A stretch of DNA of 64,000 nt from an uncultured Verrucomicrobiae bacterium (lineage in GTDB: Bacteria > Verrucomicrobiota > Verrucomicrobiia > Opitutales > JABDGR01), in assembly GCA_963765205.1 (NCBI GenBank), contig CAVXVB010000007.1:160001-224000 (forward strand), read 5' to 3'. The notes below the pieces were generated by a model that saw only the letters and a program-made list of their open reading frames with translations, searched no databases and had not been told where the DNA came from. Both the position numbers and the translations under genes were made by a program. The number at the start of each line of letters is the position of its first letter. Position 1 is the first letter of the stretch. Below, in pieces: positions 19,570 to 31,700 of this stretch.

Positions 19570-20438
19570 GGCGCGCGGCGGGCTTCGCCCAACCGTCGCC
19601 GACGAGGCAGGATAAAACAGTATTTTAGACTATAAATAATAACTTTTATATATTTAAATATTATAATTAATAGAAATAATGAGTAATTACGCGATCCACG
19701 GCCCGGTCGGAGTTCATGAATAACGAACGACAAGAGGGAACATCTGAGCACCGGCATCTAGGCATTTTACCCTAGAAAATTCAAATGAAGTGGCAATGGG
19801 CGGGCTGGGTTCCAAGCAGGAAACCAAAATGTGAACAACTCATGTCTTTTGCTCTGAATCAAAGACTTGGCAGGATGGTAAACTGTGAATAAAAAGGATA
19901 AATACTACGTTTAAGAACGTTATTATTGACCCAGGCCAGTCATTTTTGGCAGGGGGGATAAAAGGGGCGGTTTTCGCTCTTAAAAAAAATGAAAAAAATT
20001 CGTAGAAATATGTTGCGCCCTACAATTTTTTTACAATAATGGAAGTTAGCTGCGATTCTTCTACCCTCACCCCCCAACGCGTGTGTTCCCGAGTTAGATT
20101 ACGGGAAGGCCGCGTTTAGGTGTTTTCGCCCGTTGCTTTCCCCCAACTCCTGATAAGGGTTATTATTCCCTTTAATTCCCCTTAAAACCCCTTAAAACCC
20201 CTTGAATGATCGTTGCCCCGCCGCCCGCCGCCGCGCGTTTTCCCCTGGGAAAGGCGTTTTTCCGCTGTGCGGCGAGCGTTGATGATGCGCCAGTCAGGCC
20301 GTTGGTTTCCACCCCACCCCCACCCCTTTAAAAATAAACCCCCCCCCCCCTTGGTTTTCCGGTCCGGTTGCGCCAGTGCGGCAACCCGGGCTGAAATCCG
20401 AGGGAAAAAATCTCACCCCCGACCGCTGTTTCTGCAAC
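19570..20438 (+). promoter_or_regulatory. Long AT-rich upstream region of the giant gene
   Basis: About 870 bp non-coding. It has a very AT-rich block at 19615-19690, A-tracts at 19982-19998 before TTGCGC...TACAATAAT (20013-20040), a 10-nt tandem CCCCTTAAAA-type repeat at 20168-20205 and a C12 tract at 20339-20350. Confidence 0.5.
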
Positions 20439-22787
20439 ATGAACGCAACCCACCAAACTCGTTGTGACCGGACGAAAGTCCGGCCTGGGATCATTTTTCT
20501 TTTTGGCGCCCTGCTGGCGGGCCTCCTGGTTCCCCTGGGGGCGAGAGCGCAATTAACCATCGTGGACAAGGCCGACAATTCGTTGAGCCTGGACCAGGCG
20601 CTCACCGACATTCAGGACATCGCCCTGAACACCACCGCCGGCAGCGGCGACGAGTTGATATTCAACGGCACGCTGGAGTCGTTCAACCAGACGATTTCGG
20701 TGGGCGGCGGGGTTTGGGTGGGCACGCTGGCGGTGCAGAATCCGCAGGGGGCCATTTTTATCACGGGCAATGCGACCAATGCCGCGGCGGCGCTGACGCT
20801 GGGCAACCTGTCGGTCACCGGCGGCGGCGGCATTGACATGAGCAACACCTCGGTGAACCTGAGCATCTCCGCACCCGTCACCCTGGCCAACAGCCTCACG
20901 TTCACGACCAGCGTCAACGGCACCATCACGGTCTCGGGGCCGATTAACGACAACGTCCTGGGCGTCAGCCAGGGTTATGGCATCACCATCGGCCAGTCCA
21001 CCACGGCGGGCGACGTTTTTCTTTCGGGCAACAACACCTTCACGGGCAACCTCACGCTCAACGCCGGCACGCTGTATTTGAGTGGAAACAACAGCGCGGG
21101 CAACGGCGCGCTGGTCATCAACTCCGGCGTGCTGGAGAACAACAGCGGCAACGCGATTGTGCTCAATATTCCCGTCGTCATCGGCACGGCCGGGAACGCG
21201 ACGAGCGGCAACTTCACGTTCGACACCCAAGGCAATTCCAGCATCGCCAACGCTTCGAACAGCATGGTGTTCAACGATGGCGTCACGCTGGCGGTAAACA
21301 CAACGGTGACGACTTCCACGAACAGCGGGTCGTATGGTGGTTCCGGGAACCTGACCTTTAGCAACGTTACCGGCCCGGGGAACCTGACCCTGAAGGGCGC
21401 AGGCCCGAACCAGTTGGTGCTGGTGGGCACCAATAATTTTGGCGGCGGCGTGAACTCGGTGACGCCGGTGCTGACCATCAGTTCGGGGTCGGTGCGGTTG
21501 GGGTCGAACGGTTCGGTAACCGGCATCCCCGCGGAAATGGGCACGATTGCGGGTAACATTAACTCCGCCGGCGCGTTGCTCATCTTTAACGAGCCCTCGA
21601 ACTACACGGTCACGAACAACATCACCGGGACGGGCGGCGTGCAGCAACTCAGCACCAATAATACACTGACCTTCGGGATCACGGAGACCTACAGCGGCAC
21701 CACGACCGCCACCGGCCCGATTCAGCTCGGCTATTTTGGCCCCAACTTCAGCGGCAATTCCGCCTTCGGCATCCTGACGGCCAGCAACATTTCCATCGGT
21801 AATGGCAGTGCCCTCACCTTTGCCGAGCCGGGCAGCACCACTTATAATGGAACCATTTCCGGCGGCAATGGAGGGACTTCAGTGACCCTGACCGGGGCCG
21901 GGGTCCTGGCGAATGCCACCTACACGACCAACCAGACGGGCGCGAACAACAATTTGACCTTTGCGGCGAACACCTCGAACGCCTCCCTGGTTGGCGGCGC
22001 GGGCGACAACATCACGGTAACCTATATATATACCGGGGCGAATGCGGCGGAAGCGGTGGCGGTCAACGGCACGGCGATTACGGTCACCCTTGGGGCCACC
22101 GGGGGCAACACCGCCAGCGTGACCACGAACCTGAGCGGGAACAAGGACATCACTTACACGGCGGTGAACGCCGGGGCGGGGGCCGGCAACATCAACATTC
22201 AGTATGCCCAAAGCTCGACCTCGAACATCACCACGGCGTCGGTCAGCAACGGCAACATCATCGTGAGCCTGGCCAACGCCACGGCGAATGCCACGGCGCA
22301 GAATGTCATCAACGCCATCATGAACAATGTGCAGACGAATGCGCTGGTGACGGCAACGCTTGCGCCGGGCAGCGCCGGCAACGGCACGGAAGTGGCCACG
22401 ACGTCCAACATCACCCTGGCCGACACCGGCCCGGTGATAACCGCCACCACCGGCCCGGGCGCCTATGTTGCGGGGGTGAACTCGACCATCACCTCGACGG
22501 CCAATTCCATCATGGCCGATTTGAACATCAACAGCACCGCCAATGCGGTGATTAGCACCTCGCTGGCGAGCAGTGACGGCGGGGTCGGCACCGGGGCCTT
22601 GACGTTCGAATCTAGTCAGCGCGCTGGTGGGCACGGCGAATCTGACGGGCGGCACGAACCCCGCCATCACGCTGACCCTGGGCAATTTGACGAATGGGAG
22701 CAGTTACAATGGCACGACGACCATCAGCGCCGGCACCATCGTGATGGCCAACTCCTCGGCCTTGGGCAATTCGACGCTCATATATAA
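20439..22787 (+). CDS. Giant adhesin ORF segment 1 (signal peptide, PATR repeats; real frame ends about 22605)
   Basis: LSGNNTFTGNLTLNAGTL. The tail after FESSQR is out-of-frame sequence. Confidence 0.75.
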   Translation: MNATHQTRCDRTKVRPGIIFLFGALLAGLLVPLGARAQLTIVDKADNSLSLDQALTDIQDIALNTTAGSGDELIFNGTLESFNQTISVGGGVWVGTLAVQNPQGAIFITGNATNAAAALTLGNLSVTGGGGIDMSNTSVNLSISAPVTLANSLTFTTSVNGTITVSGPINDNVLGVSQGYGITIGQSTTAGDVFLSGNNTFTGNLTLNAGTLYLSGNNSAGNGALVINSGVLENNSGNAIVLNIPVVIGTAGNATSGNFTFDTQGNSSIANASNSMVFNDGVTLAVNTTVTTSTNSGSYGGSGNLTFSNVTGPGNLTLKGAGPNQLVLVGTNNFGGGVNSVTPVLTISSGSVRLGSNGSVTGIPAEMGTIAGNINSAGALLIFNEPSNYTVTNNITGTGGVQQLSTNNTLTFGITETYSGTTTATGPIQLGYFGPNFSGNSAFGILTASNISIGNGSALTFAEPGSTTYNGTISGGNGGTSVTLTGAGVLANATYTTNQTGANNNLTFAANTSNASLVGGAGDNITVTYIYTGANAAEAVAVNGTAITVTLGATGGNTASVTTNLSGNKDITYTAVNAGAGAGNINIQYAQSSTSNITTASVSNGNIIVSLANATANATAQNVINAIMNNVQTNALVTATLAPGSAGNGTEVATTSNITLADTGPVITATTGPGAYVAGVNSTITSTANSIMADLNINSTANAVISTSLASSDGGVGTGALTFESSQRAGGHGESDGRHEPRHHADPGQFDEWEQLQWHDDHQRRHHRDGQLLGLGQFDAHI

Positions 22788-25700
22788 TACCGGCGGCGGG
22801 GTTTTGAGCTTCGGCACCTTGACGACGGCGAATTTGGGCGGCTTGAGCGGGAACCAGAATCTGGCGCTCACGAATGCCACCGGAACCAACATCACGTTGA
22901 ACGTGGGCGGGGACGGCGCGAGCACCACTTACACCGGCGTGCTTTCGGGCAACTTGGGCAACTTCACCAAGTCCGGCGGCGGCACGCTATATTTGACGCA
23001 AAACAACACTTACACCGGTTTCACCAACATTACGGGCGGCCAGCTTGAAATTGGCAATATAAACGCCTTGGGCGCCAACGTTGATGGCGCGGCCAATAGC
23101 AATACCAGCCTCCAAGCGGCGAGCTTGAACATCAGCGGCGGCGGCGTGGAATGGGCGCCGAATTACCTGAGCACCTCCGGGGACAATGGCGACTTCACCG
23201 GGAAACTGGGCGTCCCCTCCCCCTCGACGCCGAATATCGGCAATGCGAATTTTAACACCAATGGCAACAACATCACCCTCACCAACAATATCCTGTTCCC
23301 GAATGGTACTTACGCTCTCTCGGGCAATGTCGGCATGACGGCGGTGCCCGGCAATGCCAGCGAGACCATCACCAAGTCCGGCACCGGCACCCTGGTGTTG
23401 GCCGAACCGTTGACAATCAATGTTACGACCGGCGGCAATGGCTCCGCCACTTCCGCGACCGTGAACGTAACGAACGGGACCTTGCAATTGGGCAATTTCG
23501 CAGTGGCGGGCGGGCAGCCGGTGAGCACCGCCGTCGGCGCCACCTTCAGCATCGCCTACAACATTTCGGACAACGCGAACCTGACGATGGAGGAACCGGT
23601 TTCGGCGACGATTAGCGGCGCGATTTCCGGCAACGGCGTCCTCAACGTCAACTCGACCGCCGGGCAGGTGGCGAATTTGACCACGACGGTGGCCGGGGCC
23701 AACAATGACATTCTTTATACGGCGGCCTCGGGCGTAGGCCCGACGGGAAACAACATCACCGTCGCTTATAACACGGGGTTTACCAACAGCTCCTTGGATA
23801 GCCAATATGCCAATGGCACCGGCGCGCCGACCTTTTCGGTATCGGGCAACGCGATCACGGTGAATCTGGCGAATGACGGAACCGCGCATGGCGCCAATTT
23901 TACGACCACTTTTGGCAGCAATAATGACGTCACCTACACGGCGAACACCTCGACGGAGTTTGGGGCGGCGGGCAACGGCATCAACATTGCCTACGTCAAC
24001 CCGAACGCCACCACGACGAGCACGACCGCCGTCGTTAATGCCACGACCAACACCATCACCGTCAACCTGGCGAACACGGGCTATGCCACGGCGAACCAAA
24101 CCGTGCAGGGGCTTACTTACACGGCCAACACGACGAATTTTGGCGGCACGGCCGGCAACGGCATCAGTGTCAGCTACGTGAATCCGGAGACCAGTAACGC
24201 GCCGCTCGGCTTTGTGGTGAACGGCACGAACCTGACGGTGAATTTGGCCACCGGGAGTTTCACCAGCGCGAACTTGGCCACCGGGCCCGCCAACGGGAAT
24301 ATTACCTACACGGCCAAGGCCAACGGTACGGCGACCGACAACATTCAAGTTGCCTATGTGGTTGCCGGCAATAACACCCCCCTGACGCTAAATGTCACCG
24401 GCAACCTCATTACGGTTAATCTGGCGACGGGCCCCAGCGGCACAGTCAGCACCACGGCCGCGACGTTGATCACGACCATAAACGGCAATTCCTCGGCCAA
24501 CGCCGTGCTGACGGCGGCCAACACGACGGGCAGCACGGGTGCTTCGACGCTGACGGCGTTAAGCGCGACGAACTTGACCGGCGGCTTGAACGGCGCCTCC
24601 GCGGCCAATCTCTCCACCAACAGCACGGCCACCGGCAGCAATGTCACCTTTACGTCGGTCGGGCTGGGCACGGCGCAGGACAACATTAAAGTTGCGTATG
24701 TCATTCCGTCCACGGCGAACTCCCCGCTTTCCATCGGGGTCTCGGGCAACAACATTACGGTGAATTTGGCGACCAATGGCGCCGATGCCCCGACGACGAC
24801 GGCGGCGCAATTGGTCACGGCCATCGCTTCGACGCCCCTGGCCGCCAATCTCGTCTCGGCCAGCGACCCCATCGGCAACGGCACGGGGGTGGTCGCGCTG
24901 TCCAATGTCAGCCTGACGAGTCTGGCGAATGCCACGGATCCCTCGATTACCACGAACGCCACCGCCCTGCAGACGGCGCTGACGGCCAATCTGACCTCCA
25001 ATGCCACGTTGGGCGCCTTGCTCAGCGCCGTGGCCGGGACGGGCACGAGCAACCTGACGACGGCGGGCGCAACGGCTTTTGCGAATGGTTCCACCGGCAC
25101 GATAACGGCCAACGCGTCCCAGGTGGTCACGGCGGTTAATGCGGTGGCCAGCGCTCTGGTGACGGCGGCTGTCGCGAGTAACGAGACAGGTGCGGGGCTA
25201 ATCACGAATGGCACGGGAACCATCCTGGCCACGAATCTCACTGGCGGACTGAACCCGAACATCACGACGACGGCGGAGGACCTGCTGACGGCGATCTCCG
25301 GAAACACGAACGTGCTGAACCTGGTGTCGGCGAATCTGGCCTCCGGGAACGACGTGGGCGAGGGCTTGCTGACGGGGATGAACACCACCAGTTTGGGCGG
25401 GGGCGCGATTTCGACGGCCACCACGCTGACGCTCACCGGCAGCAACAGTTTCAACGGGACGATCAACCTCAATGGCGGCACGCTCGCCATCGCGGTCACC
25501 AACGGGACGAACAACAGCACCACCACGCTGCAGAATTCCATCCTGAACTATGCCAACGGCACGTTCAATTACGGCAACTCGACCATCGTGGATTTGGGCG
25601 GCTTGACCGGCAACCAGAACATTGCGCTGACCAACCCGCAGAATGGCAAGAATGTGCAGTTGGTCATTGATGGATTCCAAAGCCCGGCCACGAGCAGCAT

Positions 25701-28700
25701 CCTGGGCGGCACCTCGAATACCAGCACCGGCACCGGGGTGCTCTATACCGCGACCCCGAACAACACAAACGGGAACCTTTCCATTGCTTATGTGGTGAGC
25801 GGCAACAACACAGTGCCTTCGGTGACCGTCAGCGGCAACGATGTCATCACGGTCAACCTGGCCACGAATGCGACGGGCGCCGTCGCTTCGAATATGACCG
25901 CCGCCGCCGTGGCGGCGCTGATCAACGCAAATTCCGCCGCAAGCGCGTTGGTGACGGCCGCCAGCAGCGGCACGGGGGTGGTGGGGGCGTTGTCCGCGAC
26001 CACGCTGGCCAATGCGGCCAATCCGACGGCGGGCGCGGCGGGCACGGTGGTGTCGAATGGGGTTTACAGCGGCGTGTTGTTCGGCGCAGGCTCATTGTTC
26101 AAGAGCGGCGTGGGCATCTTGACCTTGAGCGGCACGAACACCTACACGGGCGGCACCGTCATCACGGGCGGCGAAGTGGATTTCGCTTCGGGGGTGAATT
26201 TCGGCACGGGCAACCTGGTGTTGTTCAATGGCGGCATCCAGTGGGCGCCGGGCACGACGACGGACATCTCGAGCCAGTTGAAGGGGCCGTTCGGCGGCCT
26301 GATCGGGAACCTCACGCAGAATTCCGGCAACGACACGCTGGACACGAACGGCAACAATGTGATTTTCAACACGCCGGTTTCCGGCAACGGCACGTTGGTC
26401 AAGGCCGGCCAAGGGATTCTGACGCTGGCGGTTCCGAACACCTACAGTGGCGGGACCATACTGTCGGCCGGCCTCATAGACTTCAGCTCCCTCAGCGACT
26501 TTGGCACGGGGCAAATTACCCTGGCGGGCGGCGGCTTGCAATGGGGGCTGAACACCAACCTTGACGTCAGCAGCCGGTTAAACCCGGTCGTCATGGGCGC
26601 GAACGCAACCTTCTCGACGCCCAACAATTTGAATCCCGCCTTCACCAACACCAACATCGGGTTGGTGATCACCGCGAACGGCAGCACCACCCTGGCGGAC
26701 GGCTCGAACGGCAACAACATCACGATAATTTTTGGGCTTTCCCCGTCCAACACCACGGGGTTGACGATTAACGGCACCACCATCAACGTGGCCCTGAACA
26801 CGACGGCGACCGCTTCAAACGTGGTCTCGCTCATCAACGGCAACGCCACGGCGGCGGCGCTCGTCAGCGCGGCCCTGGCCCCGGGCAGCAACGGCGGCGG
26901 GGTGGACAACTATTTTGGGACGTTTAAGCTCTCGGGCGGCACGGACAGCACCCTCGACACCCAGGCGAACAATGTGACGTTGAGCGCGTCGCTGACAGGC
27001 CCCGGCGGCCTGGCCAAAGCCGGCAGCGGCATCCTGACGCTGACGGGCATCAACACTTTCACGGGCCCCACGAGCGTGAACGCCGGCACCTTGACGCTGG
27101 GCAACTCGCTGGCCTTGGAAGACAGCACGCTGACGCTGACCAATGGCAGCGTTGGCACGCTCAATTTCGGCAGCCTGACCAGCGTGACGTTTGGCTCCCT
27201 GGCGGGCAACGGCACCTTGGACCTGTCCAATTCGGTCCCCTCCGCCAATGCCACCACCGGGGTCCTGAATTTGATCGTCGGCTTGAACAATCTGAGCACG
27301 ACCTTCAACGGCACCATCACGGACGTAAACAGTTACGGCGGCACGGTGACGAAAGTCGGCAACGGCACCCTGACCCTCACCACGCCGAATACCTACACCG
27401 GCCAGACGTTCCTTAATGGCGGCGCGTTTGACTTTAACAACGTCAATAACTTTGGCGCCAACGGCGACGCCAACCTGACGATCAATGGCACGCTGGGCAC
27501 CAGCGTCATCTGGGCGCCGCAGGCCACGGGTCCGAGCGCGGATATTTCGAGCATCCTCAACAGCACGGGCGGGCTGGTTACCGGGAACATCACCTTCAAT
27601 TCCAACAGCAATGAGGTGACCCTCGCCACGCCGCTGAAGGGCAGCGCGAATTTGACCGCCGCGGCGGGGACGAGCATCCTGACGCTGGCGGGCGGCGTCA
27701 GCTCCAGCGGCCTGCCCAATGTGACGATCACGTCGGGCACCCTTGCGCTGGGCAACATCGGCAGCAATGGCGGCAACACTTCCGGAAACATCGCCATCAA
27801 CAATGGCACCACGTTGTATTTTAATGAGAACACGGCGCAAACCTTCTCGGGCCTGCTTTCCGGCGGGGGCAACATTAATGTCAACCCGGGCATGCCGGCC
27901 CTGAGTGTGGCGGCCGAGTCGCCGGCGAACACGAACCTCAACCTGTTTGCGAACGTCTTTGGGCCGATTAGCAACAACATCACCGTCCAATACGTCAACC
28001 CGGAGGCCAACAACCAGGCGCTGGGCGTCACGGTCAACAACACGACGGCGAGCCTGCTCGTCGGCTCGGTGGGTGCGAACAACGGGATCACGATCACGCC
28101 GAACGCGGCGAATGCGTCGGTGGCGGGCATTTACGGCGACGGCATCACGATCCAATATGTGCAAGGCGGCGGCAACACGACCACGGCGGCCAGCAGCGGC
28201 AACGTCATCACGGTCACTTTGAAAAGCGGCGGGGACACGGCGGCTGACGTCATCACGGCCCTGGCGAACAACGCCACGGTGGCCGCGTTGGTGACGGCGA
28301 CCAACGCGACGGTGGCCAATGTCACCAGCACGGGCGCGGGAATTATCAACACGACGGTGACGACGACGGCGTCGCTGCCGCTGATGGGCGGGGCGACGGC
28401 CATCGTGGCCAGCCTGGCCACGGACGGGAACGGCACGGCGGCCAACGCGACGACCACCTTTGGCAACAACAACGACTTGGTGTTCACCGCCAACGGCACG
28501 GGAGCCACCGGCTACTTTGGTTTCGCGGGCAATAATATCACAGTGCAGTATGTGAATGGCGTGGGCAACAACACCGCCACCACGGCGTCGGTCACGGGCA
28601 ACACGATTACGGTGACCCTGGGCACGAACGGCACCGGGGTGGTAAACGCGACGGCGGCGCAGGTGGCGGCGGCGATTGCGGCCAACACCTCGGTGGCCGC

Positions 28701-31700
28701 GTTGGTGACGGTCGCCAATGCCGCGAACAGCAACGGGTTGGGTTTGGTCTCGGCGACGACCTTGAATTTGACGGGCGGCGTGGACCCGAACATCACGACG
28801 TCGGCCAGCGCGCTGCTCTCCGCCCTGAACGGCAACACGACGGTGCTCACCGCGGGATTGGGTTCGGGCAGCAACGGCTCGGGGGATGTCACCAACGGCA
28901 CCTTTACCCTGAGCGGCGGCCTCAATGGCAGCGCGACCCCGGTGACGCTGAGTGACAACAGCAATCTCTTTTCGGGCAACGTCTATTTGAGCAATGGCTC
29001 GCTCACGCTGGGCGCCCCCCTGGCGTTGCAGTATGCCACGGTCAATGACAACCTGGGCGGCGGCACGCTGAGTTTCGGCAGCTTGACGAATGCGACCTTG
29101 GGCGGCCTCACCGGCAATGGCAACCTGGCGCTCGTGACCACGGCCGGCTCGGGGAATGTGACGCTCACTTTGGGCCAGGGTAATGTCAGCAGCGCCTTCT
29201 CCGGCATTATATCCGGCAATGTCAGCACCGGCGCCGGTTCGTTGATCAAGATCGGCTCGGGCACGCTGACGCTGTCCGGCATCAACACCTTCACCGGCGG
29301 CATGGTGATTGAGGGCGGCTTGGTGAATTTCAATTCGGTGCGCAGTTTTGGCAATGGCGGGGCCAACAGCGTCACCCTGCTGGGCGGCGGCATCCAATGG
29401 GCGACCAACACGGCCACGAATGTTTCCGGCATCCTGAACCCGGTGCTGGCCAGCGGGCCGACGAACGACTTGAACACCTTCGACACCAACGGGAACAGCG
29501 TCACCTTGTCCACGGCGCTGTCGGGCGTGGGCGGCATTGTCAAGCAGGGCGCCGGCACGCTGACGCTGACCGGCAACAACACCTTTATCGGGCCGACGTT
29601 CATCAACGCCGGCAGCCTGGCCTTGGGCAACGGCACGTTGCCGGGCTTCCTGATCAATTCCGCCCTCACCAACAATTCCAGCCTGCTGTTTAACGAGCCG
29701 CTGGACACCGTTTACTCGTCGGTGCTGGGCGGCGGCGGCGGCGTGTCGCAAGCCGGCCAGAACTCGAGCGGCATTTACTCGATCACGACGGGAAATACGA
29801 CGGCCAACAACGGCCTGACCTACGTCGCGACCGTGGCGAACCCGACGGGCGCCGGCGTTACCGTCTCTTATGTGCAAGGCACCGGTTCCACCACGACCGT
29901 GGGGGTTTCCGGCAGCAATATTACGGTGACGCTCCCCGCGGGCGGCGCGAATGCGACCCAGGTGCTGACGGCCCTGACCGGGTGCAGCAGCGCGCTGGCC
30001 TTGGTGACGCCTGAATTGACGCCGGTGATTGCGCCCTCCGTCGCGGTGCCGAATAACACCGGAAATGGCAGTGTCAGCGTGACGGGACCCTTGAATATGA
30101 GCGCGCCGCTTTACCAGGCGACGATCGGTTCGGCCAGCCAAGGCACGGGCTTGACCTTTACGGCGAGCACGGCGACCGCCGGCGCGGCGGGCGGGACCAC
30201 GACGATCCAGTATCTGGCCGGCACAGTTGCGAACCCGACCGTTTCGGTTAACGCGACCAACAACACCGTCATTGTCACCTTGAGCAATGTGACCGCCAAC
30301 AACACGGCCTCGAATGTCTTGGCGGCTTTGACGGCGGCCATTAATAGCAATACCGGCGGCATTGACAATTACCTGAGCAATGTGACCCTCACGCCCGGCC
30401 CGCAGGCATTTGGCGTCACGGCTGGCGCCGGTTTGGTCACGGCGGCGTCGCCGAAATTGATTGCGCCATTTACGAACCTGGTGCTCACCGGCAACAACTC
30501 TTACACCGGCACCACCTCGATCCAGGCGGGCACGCTGGTGGTGGGCAGCACGCTGGCCTTGCGGGACACCACGCTGAACTACAACACCACGACAAGCGGC
30601 ATTCTGGCCTTCGGCTATGCGAACGCGACCGCAAGCTACCCCGTCACGGCGGCCAACATCAATATCTTCAACGGCAACACGGATTTGGCCTTGATCAACA
30701 ACCAGGGCGGCGGCGTGGCCTTCAGCATCGGCGATAATAACGGCAGCTCGAGCTATTCCGGCAACTTAACCGGGCCAGGCTCGATCTTTAAAGTCGGCAG
30801 CGGCACCCTGACGCTCGGCGGCAATCTGAGCAGCTATGCGGGCGGGACGACCGTCGCCGGCGGCACCATCCTGTTGACCTCGGCGGACGACAGCACCTCG
30901 AGCCATCCGCTGGGCACCGGCTTGATCACGATGAACGGCGGCACACTCTCCCTGCCTTCCGGCGACACCTTTGATCCGACCGCGCAAGGGTTCACGTTGG
31001 GCACGGTGACCGCCAACGTGAACGGCACCTTGACCCAGGTTGCGACGAACAGCACACTGATCACCGTTAGTAACCTGACGTTGGCAAGCCCCATCACCGG
31101 CCCCAGCAATGGCGCGGCTTCCGGTTTGGACATCCAAACCGGCAGCAACATCACCACCTTGGTGGCGACCAGCACCTACCTTGGGACGACGACGGTCGGC
31201 GCGGGCACGACCCGAGGCAACCTGACGTTGAGCAACAACGCAACCAGCACCGGCGGTCTGGCGGGGCCGATCAACTTGTCGGGTAACCTGGGCAATTCCA
31301 CCTTTTCGAATCTGACCTTTAACATCAGCAGTTCGGCGCCGGGACTCACCGCCGGCAACTATACGTTTACGCAGAACATCAGCGGCAACGGCAACTTGAG
31401 CGAAAATGGCACCGCCAGCCTGATTCTGTCCGGCACCAATACCTACGACGGCAATACGACGATAGCCGCCGGGGCCGGCAGCATCTATCTGGGAAGCTCG
31501 AATGCCTTGGGCAACAGCACGTATGCGTCCAATAGCACGACGGCCGGCACGCTCCAGTTTCTCGCGGGGGCGGGCGGCACGTTTGTCTTGGGCGGTTTGG
31601 CGGGCAACGCGAGCATCCCCTTGGTGGACACGGGGAATAATCCCGTGATTTTGGCGGTCGGCGCCAACAGCATAACCTCCGCCACGCCCTACAACGGCAC

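Noticed and set aside
19570..20438. Riboswitch (e.g. c-di-GMP) upstream of the giant adhesin
   Set aside because: I could not recognise the consensus motifs by eye. An Rfam/Infernal scan would be needed.
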